Assembly (NCBI GenBank): GCA_017388175.1
Contig: JAFOTD010000023.1
Coordinates: 10,002-74,001 of the forward strand
Direction: 5' to 3'
DNA from: Clostridia bacterium
Lineage (GTDB): Bacteria; Bacillota; Clostridia; Christensenellales; CAG-138
Length of the DNA: 64,000 nucleotides
Positions 40,616-48,351 of the stretch are shown here, one piece after another. The stretch's first letter is position 1. Every line of letters begins with the position of its first letter. A model generated the notes under the pieces. That model worked only from the letters and a program-made list of their open reading frames with translations, did not search any database and was not told where the DNA came from. The position numbers were made by a program, and so were the translations under genes.

Positions 40616-43591
40616 TTATCCGATCAGATAAGAATAATCCTTTAAAACCGCTTCGATCAGCGCTTTCGCGTCCGGATCGCATTCGTCGCGGTCGAGATCG
40701 ACCGTTTTCACCCCGTCGAGCCGGAGCTTTACGACGCGCTCCGAAACCGGCAGAAAGCCCTTGTTTTCGGAACCCGTAAACTCGGCTTCGGTGGCGAACA
40801 GCGTGAACTTTTCCTTGTACGGTTTCGAGTCGTACGGGCAGAACACGAGGCAGTTGCCGCACTCGTTGCACATTTTATCGACGTGCAGAATCTGCGGCTT
40901 TTCTTTTCCCGGCACTTTGATCGCGACGTTCGCGCGGTTCGGGCAGACCTGTACGCAGCACTCGCAGACCGTTCCGCAGTTCAAGCAGCGCCCGCGCTCC
41001 TTTTCCGCCTGTTCGTAATCTTTGAGGATCCCCTGCTTTTCGAAGCACGCCGCTTCGCTCGAACGTGCCGCTTCGGGGATCCCGTATGTATACCGGCCGG
41101 CGATCGCGTCCGCAACGGTACGCGCGTCCGCAATGCCTTCGACGACGGTTGCCGGACCGCGGCTGCAGTCGCCGATTACGTAGACGTGTTCGCGGGAGGT
41201 CATCAGGTTCGCGTCGACAACGACCTTGCCGCGCTCCGAAAGCGCGATTCCGTTTTCCGTGAAGATCGCGGTTTCGACCTTCTCGCCGACCGCCGCGATC
41301 AGCGTGTCGCACGGAAGCAGGACCTGTTCGCCGGTATCGACCGGGCTGCGTCTGCCGCTCCCATCCGGCTCGCCGAGCTCCATCACGCTGCAGAGAAGCT
41401 TTCCGTTCTCCAGTTCGACCGGCGCAAGCAGGCCGCAGAATACGACGCCCTCCTCCTGGGCGAGCGCAAGCTCCTCCTCGTCCGCGGGCATATACGGCAC
41501 GGTGCGCCGATAGACGATCAGCACGCGCTCTACACCGCTCTGCCGCTTTGCGGCGCGCGCCGCGTCCATCGCGGTATTGCCCCCGCCGACGACCGCGACG
41601 GTCTCGCCGAGATTCTTACACGTTCCCGCCTTGCATTCTTCAAGGAAGCGCAGCGCGTCGGTCGCTTCGCCCTTTTCGAGCGGCAGCCTGCCTTCCGCCC
41701 ACGCGCCGACGGCGTACACGATATCGGCATATCCTTCCGAAAACAGCGCGTCCGCGCCGGGCGCTTCGGTGTTCAGCCGGATGTCGACGCCCATTGCCTC
41801 GAGCAGTTTCGCGTCGCTGTCGATCGCATCGTGCCCGATGCGGAATTCCGGAATCACGTACCGCACGACGCCGCCTAAAGCTTCGCGCTTCTCGAAGAGC
41901 GTGACCTTTACGCCCTGACGGCTCAGGAAGAACGCCGCGGCCATCCCCGCGGGGCCGCCGCCGATCACAGCGACTTTTTTGCCGTTCGGCTCGGCGGGCT
42001 TCAGATCCTTTAAAAGCGCATCGAGACCGTTTTGCGCCGCGGTCAGCTTTGCGCGGCGGATGCGGATCGACTCCTCGTAAAAGCCTCTGGTGCATTTTTC
42101 CGCGCAGTGATGCGGGCAGATCGTGCCCGTGATAAACGGCAGCGGGTTCTTTTCGACGATCAGCTTCAGGGCCTCGTCATACAGCCCCTTTCCGACCAGC
42201 TCGATATACTGCGGAATATCCTGATGAATCGGGCAGCCGTGCGTACACGGCGAAATGAAGCAGTCGAACAGCGGAACCTTCTCTTTGAGCTTGCGCGTTT
42301 TTTGCGGCTTTACGGGCTTCGTGTTGCGCACGGACGCGCGCGCCTGTTTGGAAAGCAGCGCAACCTTGCCGACCGCAACGCCCGAGAACGGCTCATAGGG
42401 CAGCGCGCTGCAGATTTCCCCGAGCTGGGAAAGTCTTTGATACCCGCCGGGCTTTAAGATCGTCGTTGCCAGCGTGATCGGCCAGATGCCCGCCGAAAAG
42501 AGGTCGGCAATGTTGAACGCGTCGACGCCGCCCGAGAACGAGAGACGCAGCTTCCCGTCGAATTCCTCGCTCATGCGCTTCGCCATCTCGATCGTTAAGG
42601 GATACAGCGCGCGTCCGGACATGTACATTTCATTGCTCGGAAGCTCGTTGTTTTTCACGTCCACCGGGAAGGTGTTGCTTAGCTTCAGTCCGAAGGTCAC
42701 GCCGTTTTTTTCGGCAAGGGCGAGAAGCCGTTTGAACATCGGCACCGCGTCCCGATACTGCAAATCCTCGTTGAAATGATGCTCGTCGAACGCGACGTAA
42801 TCGAAGCCAAGCTCGTCAAGCGTTTTGCGCGCGTACACGTAGCCCAAAATCGTCGGGTTGCACTTGACGAAGGTGTGGAGACGCTTCACGCCGATCAGGT
42901 AGCTCGCGATCTTTTCGATCTCCTGCGGCGGGCATCCGTGCAGCGTGGAAAGCGTGATCGACGTGCACACGTGCGGGTTGATCGCGGAAAGGTACGCTTC
43001 GTCAATGTGTTCGAAGCGGTCGAGATTCGCCTTTGTCCATGCCATGCACTCCGCCCAAATTTCGGTCTTCGACGCGTCCTTGAGTCCTTCGATGAACGCG
43101 TCGATCTTCGGCGACGTAATGCCCGCAAAATCATAGCCCACGCTCATGTTGAAGATGAAGCCGTCCGGATCGCCCCAGCCGAATTCCTTCGTGAAGATCT
43201 TCAGCATGAACCACGCCTTGACGTACTCGTTCATCGCCTCGGGCACGGTCAGCTCGGTCGACCACTCGCAGTTATAGCATTCGTCCTTTGCAACGATGCA
43301 CGGCTTTTGGATGCACGCGGCAAGCTCGTCGCCGTCCATGATCTGCACGGTCTTGAGTTCGAAGAAGCGCGCGCCGGCGTAGTACGCGGCGATGATGTTC
43401 TGCGAAAGCTGCGTATTCGGACCCGCGGCGGGACCGAACGGCGTTTCGAGCTTCTCGCCGAAAATCGAAAGCGTCTTCCCCGGCACAGGCTGATACGGGC
43501 GCTTCACTCCGAACACGCTGCCGTTTTTGTACTCAGAAAGGACCCATTCCATCAGCTCCCGAAACGGGATCGGTGTCATTCGATCGGACAT
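40616..43591 (-). CDS. ygfK: YgfK-type Fe-S/FAD oxidoreductase (annotated in databases as putative selenate reductase subunit)
   Basis: 991 aa. The N-terminus, PIPFRELMEWVLSEYKNGSVFGV...FELKTVQIMD...CYNCEWSTELT, closely parallels E. coli YgfK as I recall it. A central GltD-like NAD(P)/FAD region (VAVIGGGPAGMAAAFFL) and a C-terminal 4Fe-4S ferredoxin motif follow. Confidence 0.85.
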   Translation of the reverse strand: MSDRMTPIPFRELMEWVLSEYKNGSVFGVKRPYQPVPGKTLSIFGEKLETPFGPAAGPNTQLSQNIIAAYYAGARFFELKTVQIMDGDELAACIQKPCIVAKDECYNCEWSTELTVPEAMNEYVKAWFMLKIFTKEFGWGDPDGFIFNMSVGYDFAGITSPKIDAFIEGLKDASKTEIWAECMAWTKANLDRFEHIDEAYLSAINPHVCTSITLSTLHGCPPQEIEKIASYLIGVKRLHTFVKCNPTILGYVYARKTLDELGFDYVAFDEHHFNEDLQYRDAVPMFKRLLALAEKNGVTFGLKLSNTFPVDVKNNELPSNEMYMSGRALYPLTIEMAKRMSEEFDGKLRLSFSGGVDAFNIADLFSAGIWPITLATTILKPGGYQRLSQLGEICSALPYEPFSGVAVGKVALLSKQARASVRNTKPVKPQKTRKLKEKVPLFDCFISPCTHGCPIHQDIPQYIELVGKGLYDEALKLIVEKNPLPFITGTICPHHCAEKCTRGFYEESIRIRRAKLTAAQNGLDALLKDLKPAEPNGKKVAVIGGGPAGMAAAFFLSRQGVKVTLFEKREALGGVVRYVIPEFRIGHDAIDSDAKLLEAMGVDIRLNTEAPGADALFSEGYADIVYAVGAWAEGRLPLEKGEATDALRFLEECKAGTCKNLGETVAVVGGGNTAMDAARAAKRQSGVERVLIVYRRTVPYMPADEEELALAQEEGVVFCGLLAPVELENGKLLCSVMELGEPDGSGRRSPVDTGEQVLLPCDTLIAAVGEKVETAIFTENGIALSERGKVVVDANLMTSREHVYVIGDCSRGPATVVEGIADARTVADAIAGRYTYGIPEAARSSEAACFEKQGILKDYEQAEKERGRCLNCGTVCECCVQVCPNRANVAIKVPGKEKPQILHVDKMCNECGNCLVFCPYDSKPYKEKFTLFATEAEFTGSENKGFLPVSERVVKLRLDGVKTVDLDRDECDPDAKALIEAVLKDYSYLIG

Positions 43592-43610
43592 AGTGAAAAC
43601 CTCCTGTTAT

Positions 43611-43895
43611 GATACTGAAGATTGAAAACTGAAGAATGATGAATGAGAAAGTATGAAAGCATGTTATAAAAAGTCTTTCTGTGAAAGACGTTGGCAGCAA
43701 CCTGAGGCTTCCCCTCGAGGGGAAGCTGTCACCGACAGGTGACTGATGAGGTGTTATCGGATTTGTGCTCAGCGGATACACCTCATCCGTCGGCTTTCGC
43801 CGCCACCTTCTCCTCAAGGAGAAGGCTTTTGCTCGCATACTCTGACTTTCTTTACAGCTCCGTCTTGGTTTTTTATTTTTCAGTTTTCAGTATTC
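43611..43895. mobile_element. MITE-like structured element: AT-rich imperfect terminal inverted repeats around a GC-rich core with several near-perfect hairpins
   Basis: TIRs ATACTGAAgattgAAAACTGAAGAAT (43611-43637) versus the reverse complement of 43874-43895 (ATACTGAAAACTGAAAAAT). Core hairpins at 43707-43726 (20-nt perfect palindrome GCTTCCCCTCGAGGGGAAGC), 43728-43743, 43745-43787 (10-bp stem) and 43806-43825 (8-bp stem). Confidence 0.55.
43666..43689 (-). terminator. Terminator-like hairpin inside the element, between ssnA and ygfK
   Basis: Minus-strand RNA: GTCTTTC-aca-GAAAGAC followed by UUUUUAU. Could terminate or attenuate ssnA read-through into ygfK. Confidence 0.4.
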
Positions 43896-43902
43896 ATTCT
43901 TT

Positions 43903-45231
43903 CTACGCGTTCACCGCCGCCCAGAGCTTTTTCGCGCTCTCGCGGCACTTTGCCATAAGTTCCTTCTCATCGCAGACGAGAAGCTCGCGGTCCTTCATAA
44001 GCACTTTGCCGTTGCACATCGTGGTGACGACGCTTCTGCCGTTCATGCCGAACAGAATGTGCGAGTTCGCGTTGTTCCCGTCCATCGGGGTCAGCGGATC
44101 GTAATCCGTCACGATGATATCCGCGTAAGCGCCCGGCTTCAATACGCCCAACGGCGCGTTGAAATACCGTCCCGCGATGGCCGCATTGCCGTTGAAAAGC
44201 ATATCCGGGATCTCGCCCCACGCGACGGTCGGATCGCACAGATGGTGCTTATGGATGATGTTGCCGACCTTGTAGCTTTCGAGCATATCGTTCGTGTAGC
44301 CGTCGGTGCCGAGACCCAATAAAAGCCCTTCCTTTTTCATATGGATGACCGGACCGCAGCCCACCGCGTTGCCCATGTTGGATTCGGGATTGTGCACGAC
44401 CGCCGTGTCGGTCGCCTTAAGAAGCTCCATCTCCGCCTTGTTGATATGCACGCAGTGGATCGCGAGCGTCTTATTGCCGAGGATCCCCGCGTCGTAGAAG
44501 CGGTTGATGATGCGCTTGCCGTACTTGGAAAGCGAGTCCAGGAGATCCCCCGGCCCTTCCGCGCAATGCACGTGGAAGCCCGCCTCCTTTCCGCCGTGAA
44601 TGAGGCAGTCCTCAAGCGTTTTGTCGGAGAGCGTGAATGCGGCGTGCAGGCCCATCATGCCCTTTACCATGTCGCTGTCGTCCGCTGCCGCCTTATGGAT
44701 GAAGCGTTCGTTTTCGAGGATCGACTGCATGCGTTTTTCCTCGCCGTCGCGATCGGAAACCTCATAGCAGAGCGAGGTGCGCACGCCGAATTCCTTCGCC
44801 GCGGCTTCGATCTCGTCGAGCGAGCCCGGGATATCGAAAAAGCTCGCGTGGTGGTCGAACACGGTCGTCACGCCGTTTTTGATGCAGTCGGCGTAAACCG
44901 CCTTTGCGGACCAGAAATCGTTCTCTTTCGTCAGGCAGCGGTCGATCTTCCACCACATGCCCTCCAGAATATCGTTGAAGTTACGCGGGTTGTAGCCGCG
45001 GATAGAAAGCCCTCTTGCAAACGCGCTGTAGATGTGGTTATGCATGTTGATAAGGCCCGGCATGATGACGCCGCCGTGCGCGTCGATCCACTCCGCGTCC
45101 GGGTACTTTGCCTTCATTTCCGCCGTCGTTCCGACCTCCGTGATAAACCGTCCCTCGACGGCGACCGCGCCGTTCTCAAAGAACTCCGCGCCGTTTCTTG
45201 TCACCGTTCTGCCGTTTCCGATCAGGATCAT
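43903..45231 (-). CDS. ssnA: SsnA-type amidohydrolase (putative aminohydrolase of the Se/Mo hydroxylase cluster)
   Basis: MILIGNGRTVTRNG...GGVIMPGLINMHNHIYSAFARG (HxH metal motif), with overall colinearity to E. coli SsnA as I recall it. SD GAGGGAG lies 9 nt before ATG 45229-45231; the track start at 45249 is a TTG. Confidence 0.85.
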   Translation of the reverse strand: MILIGNGRTVTRNGAEFFENGAVAVEGRFITEVGTTAEMKAKYPDAEWIDAHGGVIMPGLINMHNHIYSAFARGLSIRGYNPRNFNDILEGMWWKIDRCLTKENDFWSAKAVYADCIKNGVTTVFDHHASFFDIPGSLDEIEAAAKEFGVRTSLCYEVSDRDGEEKRMQSILENERFIHKAAADDSDMVKGMMGLHAAFTLSDKTLEDCLIHGGKEAGFHVHCAEGPGDLLDSLSKYGKRIINRFYDAGILGNKTLAIHCVHINKAEMELLKATDTAVVHNPESNMGNAVGCGPVIHMKKEGLLLGLGTDGYTNDMLESYKVGNIIHKHHLCDPTVAWGEIPDMLFNGNAAIAGRYFNAPLGVLKPGAYADIIVTDYDPLTPMDGNNANSHILFGMNGRSVVTTMCNGKVLMKDRELLVCDEKELMAKCRESAKKLWAAVNA

Positions 45232-45266
45232 AAAGCCACACTCCCTCAATTTATATTTATGAATAT

Positions 45267-45295
45267 ATTATACATGAGTTTGCACGGATTGGCAA
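45267..45295 (-). promoter_or_regulatory. Candidate sigma-A promoter of the ssnA operon
   Basis: Minus strand reads TTGCCA-17 nt-TATAAT, about 30 nt upstream of the ssnA ATG. Confidence 0.55.
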
Positions 45296-45404
45296 CCGGT
45301 TTCCGAAATGTGAAAAAAAGTCTGTAAAAAAGTTTACGGAAAAAAAGAAGGAAATCGCCCTCCGGCGTCGAATAATAAGATGTATTGTAAAGCGGGGAGC
45401 GTAA

Positions 45405-45640
45405 AGAAGAATATCTCCTGTAGAGAAGAATATCTACTCTATAAAAGAACATCTCCTCTGTAGAGAAGAATATCTGCTCTATAAAAGAATATCTCCTCTA
45501 TAGAGAAGAATATAAATAATTGATCTGCTTAAATAGAGTATCTCCTATATAAAAGAATATCTCCTCTATACAGAAGAATGATAAAGATATATCTGTTTAA
45601 AGAAGAATGTCTCCTCTTGATCGAAGAACCGTTTCTTCGT
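45405..45640. repeat. Array of about 11 degenerate 19-21 bp direct repeats (consensus AAGAATATCTCCTCTRTARAG), ~40-bp higher-order period
   Basis: AAGAAT cores start near 45407, 45426, 45445, 45466, 45485, 45506, 45535 (degenerate), 45553, 45574, 45603 and 45624. Unit endings alternate GTAGAG and ATAAAAG. The region is strongly AT-rich. Confidence 0.85.
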
Positions 45641-45678
45641 GAAGGGGTGCAAAAACAGGCGGTCGCAAATGCCGACCC

Positions 45679-45707
45679 TTGCCAAGCGGGGCGAATCGGT
45701 GTATCAT
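45679..45707 (+). promoter_or_regulatory. Candidate sigma-A promoter of the thrC-like gene
   Basis: TTGCCA-17 nt-TATCAT, 29 nt upstream of ATG 45736; SD AAGGAG follows. Confidence 0.55.
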
Positions 45708-45735
45708 TTAAGCAGATCAAAAAGGAGAAAACGAT

Positions 45736-46971
45736 ATGAGACGCGTATACGGCTATCGCTGCACGCTTTGCGGCAAAGAATATCCCTTTGGACCGGAACT
45801 GATGACCTGCCCCGCCTGCGGGGAAAAGGGCATCCTCGATATTTTATTCGACTACGACGAGGTCAAAAAGGAGCTGAACCGCGAGACGTTAAAAGCGGAT
45901 CGCGACAACAGCATGTGGCGCTATAAAGCGCTGATGCCCTTAAAGGGCGAAGGTCTGTCGAAGTTTTTACGCATCGGCTGGACGCCGCTGTATGAATCCC
46001 TGCGGCTCGGGCAGGAGCTGGGCTTAAAAAAGCTCTACATCAAGGACGACGGCATCAATCCGACCGCTTCCTTAAAAGACAGGGCGAGCGGCGTGGCGGT
46101 GGCAAAAGCGATCGAGCTCGGCTACGACACCATCTGCTGTTCCTCGACCGGAAACGCGGCTTCTTCCTGCGCGGGCAACGCGGCGCGCATGGGGCTGAAA
46201 ACGGTTATTTTCGTGCCGGAACGCGCGCCGAAGGGCAAGGTTGCGCAGCTTCTGATCTTCGGCGCGAACGTCATCTCGGTCAAAGGCGACTACCGTCAGA
46301 CGTTTGAGCTTTCGAAAGCCGCGATCGAAAAATGGGGCTTTTATAACCGCAACGCGGGCATCAACCCGATCCTCACCGAGGGCAAAAAGACCGTCGCTTT
46401 GGAGATCGCGGAGCAGCTTCATTGGGAACCCACCGACTGGGTCGCGGTGTCCGTCGGCGACGGCTGCACGATCGGCGGCGTCTATAACGGCTTCCACGAT
46501 CTTTTCGAAATGGGCATGATCGACCGGATCCCGAAGATCCTCGGCGTACAGTCCACCGGCTGCTGCCCGTTCGTGGACGCGGCGAACAACAATCGCGATC
46601 TCGTGCCGACGCCCGAAAACACGCTGGCCGACAGCATTGCCGTCGGCGTGCCGAGAAATCCCCGTAAGGCGATGCGCGCCGTACGAAACAGCGGCGGGCG
46701 CTGGATCGCCGTGACCGACGACGAGATCCTTGCCGCCATGCGGCTTTTGGGCAGAACCGAAGGCGTATTCGGCGAGCCCGCGGGCGTGACCGCAACGGCG
46801 GGCGTAGTGCGCGCCGTCAAAGAGGGCCTGATTTCCCCGGACGAAACCGTCACGGTTATTTCCACCGGCAGCGGCCTAAAGGACGTGAATAACGCTTTGA
46901 AGGCCGCAGGAGAGCCGTTCCTGTGCGAACCGGATATTGCCGTACTGGAGGCAAGCGGCAGGATCCGATAA
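45736..46971 (+). CDS. Threonine synthase-like fold-type II PLP enzyme with N-terminal zinc ribbon
   Basis: CTLCG...CPACG zinc ribbon; PLP-lysine motif PTASLKDRAS; SSTGNAASS; 411 aa. Confidence 0.75.
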   Translation: MRRVYGYRCTLCGKEYPFGPELMTCPACGEKGILDILFDYDEVKKELNRETLKADRDNSMWRYKALMPLKGEGLSKFLRIGWTPLYESLRLGQELGLKKLYIKDDGINPTASLKDRASGVAVAKAIELGYDTICCSSTGNAASSCAGNAARMGLKTVIFVPERAPKGKVAQLLIFGANVISVKGDYRQTFELSKAAIEKWGFYNRNAGINPILTEGKKTVALEIAEQLHWEPTDWVAVSVGDGCTIGGVYNGFHDLFEMGMIDRIPKILGVQSTGCCPFVDAANNNRDLVPTPENTLADSIAVGVPRNPRKAMRAVRNSGGRWIAVTDDEILAAMRLLGRTEGVFGEPAGVTATAGVVRAVKEGLISPDETVTVISTGSGLKDVNNALKAAGEPFLCEPDIAVLEASGRIR

Positions 46972-46995
46972 CAAACCCGTGAAAGGAGAACCGCC

Positions 46996-48180
46996 ATGAA
47001 CCGCAAGACAGCCGTTTTGTTCCTCGTGCTGCTTTTCCTTTTTTGTGCGGCCTGCAAAGAACCGGACGCGCCGGAACCCTCCGCGCCGTCCGAAGCGATC
47101 GTTTCCATTGCGGACGAACCGGCACCGACCGCGGAGGCAACGCCCATGCCGACGCCGGAACCGGATCCGCCCTACCGTGCCGCAGTCTCCGGCAGCGAGC
47201 CGGACGGCAACGGGTACAGCACGGCGGTTTCCCTATACGACGCCGGCACGACGGATTTTGACGGGGAACGGAAGTGGACTGTATCGTTTGAAGGGCTTTC
47301 ACCGCGCACGGTCGACCGCAGCGCAAACCCGATGCGGTTTTCGGATGATCTCAGCGTGTGGATGACCTACGATCGCGACGGAGATTGGGATAATTGCACT
47401 CTGGGACGCTGCGTCAGCGACGGGACGGATTGGAATTGGCTCGACGCTGTTCTGTTCTCACGCGAATACGTCCCCGACCCGGACGCCGTTTTCTACATGC
47501 AGACGCCGCGCTTTACCGTACGAAAGGGCGATCTCTGTCTCTCCTCCACTTCGCTTTTCGACGAAGTCGGAAAGACCTATTATATCGACGACGACGTGTG
47601 CACGTACTGGATCGATCCGGACGGTTCCGTGATCCGCGCGGACGCTGACGGCACGGTATTCCGGTCCGTCGAACCGCTGAACGAGGAGCAGATCGCCTAT
47701 TTGTATCTCCTTTATGAAGCGCATTATATGACGCCCGCGCTCCAGTACCCTTTGGCCGCCTATCCGGACGAAATGGAACGGTACCGTCTGTATATCGAAC
47801 GGAACGGGGTCCGTACGGAACTGCCGAAGGAAAGCTTTGAAGCATTTCTGGAGCTTGTCTCCGCGGCGGCGGACCGGTCGGCACAGACGTACGCGCCGTG
47901 CTTTGCGTGTACGACGGAACTGTTCGCGGATTCCGACTACCCGGAAAAAGAGGTCCTGCGTTTCCGGTTCGTTGCGGACGGATATGATCCGGACGCGTCT
48001 TTGCACCTTTGGTTTTCCCTTCGCGAAAACGGGCGAATCGTGCGGGATACCCCGATCAGCGCAGGCTACATCCACACCGTTGCGCGATGGAGCTGCTTCG
48101 GCAGAAACCGGATCGTGTCAAAGACCGTGTTCCCCGTCGATGAGATCCTTGCTTACGTGAAGGAATACGGCGTCGAATGA
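46996..48180 (+). CDS. Hypothetical lipoprotein
   Basis: MNRKTAVLFLVLLFLFCAAC lipobox, a Pro-rich spacer, then a ~340-aa domain with no motif I recognise. Confidence 0.65.
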   Translation: MNRKTAVLFLVLLFLFCAACKEPDAPEPSAPSEAIVSIADEPAPTAEATPMPTPEPDPPYRAAVSGSEPDGNGYSTAVSLYDAGTTDFDGERKWTVSFEGLSPRTVDRSANPMRFSDDLSVWMTYDRDGDWDNCTLGRCVSDGTDWNWLDAVLFSREYVPDPDAVFYMQTPRFTVRKGDLCLSSTSLFDEVGKTYYIDDDVCTYWIDPDGSVIRADADGTVFRSVEPLNEEQIAYLYLLYEAHYMTPALQYPLAAYPDEMERYRLYIERNGVRTELPKESFEAFLELVSAAADRSAQTYAPCFACTTELFADSDYPEKEVLRFRFVADGYDPDASLHLWFSLRENGRIVRDTPISAGYIHTVARWSCFGRNRIVSKTVFPVDEILAYVKEYGVE

Positions 48181-48218
48181 CACAGCACGAAAGAATCGTC
48201 TCTGTATTCACACGAAAA

Positions 48219-48350
48219 GGGGCTGTTAAAAAAGTCCGCAAAAGAAATAGCAAGACTCTCGGGAAAAGTCCCGGGAGTCTTTGCTATGTGGTATCATATT
48301 TGTGTGAACAATAAACAACCGCAGCGCAATTATAATGTAAAGCAGGGAAG
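48219..48350 (+). repeat. Intergenic module R1, copy a (hairpin plus TATAAT-containing segment); second copy at 63806-63941
   Basis: Core 48250-48350 aligns with 63837-63941 with about 4 substitutions and 2 indels by eye. It includes the hairpin AAGACTCTCGGG-aaaag-CCCGGGAGTCTT. Confidence 0.85.
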
Positions 48351-48351
48351 C

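Noticed and set aside
43744-43751. CUGAUGAG, the hammerhead-ribozyme core box, inside the ssnA-ygfK element
   Set aside because: The GAUGAG bases are themselves paired in the 10-bp stem (GATGAGGTGT/ACACCTCATC). There is no downstream GAAA box or a stem III / cleavage-site arrangement. Probably coincidence.
45405-45640. CRISPR array interpretation of the 20-bp repeat region
   Set aside because: The units are contiguous with no unique spacers, are only 19-21 bp long and degenerate, and no cas genes are nearby.
45641-45735. Riboswitch or leader upstream of the thrC-like gene
   Set aside because: A good promoter (45679-45707) leaves only a ~22-nt 5' UTR. The short GGTCG/CGACC stem at 45661-45677 lies upstream of the -35, and I recognise no purine, xanthine or T-box consensus.
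48219-48232. GGGGCTG... at the start of R1, considered as a tmRNA-like 5' end
   Set aside because: No tRNA-like acceptor/T-arm partner, resume codon or tag ORF follows. The similarity is limited to 7 nt.
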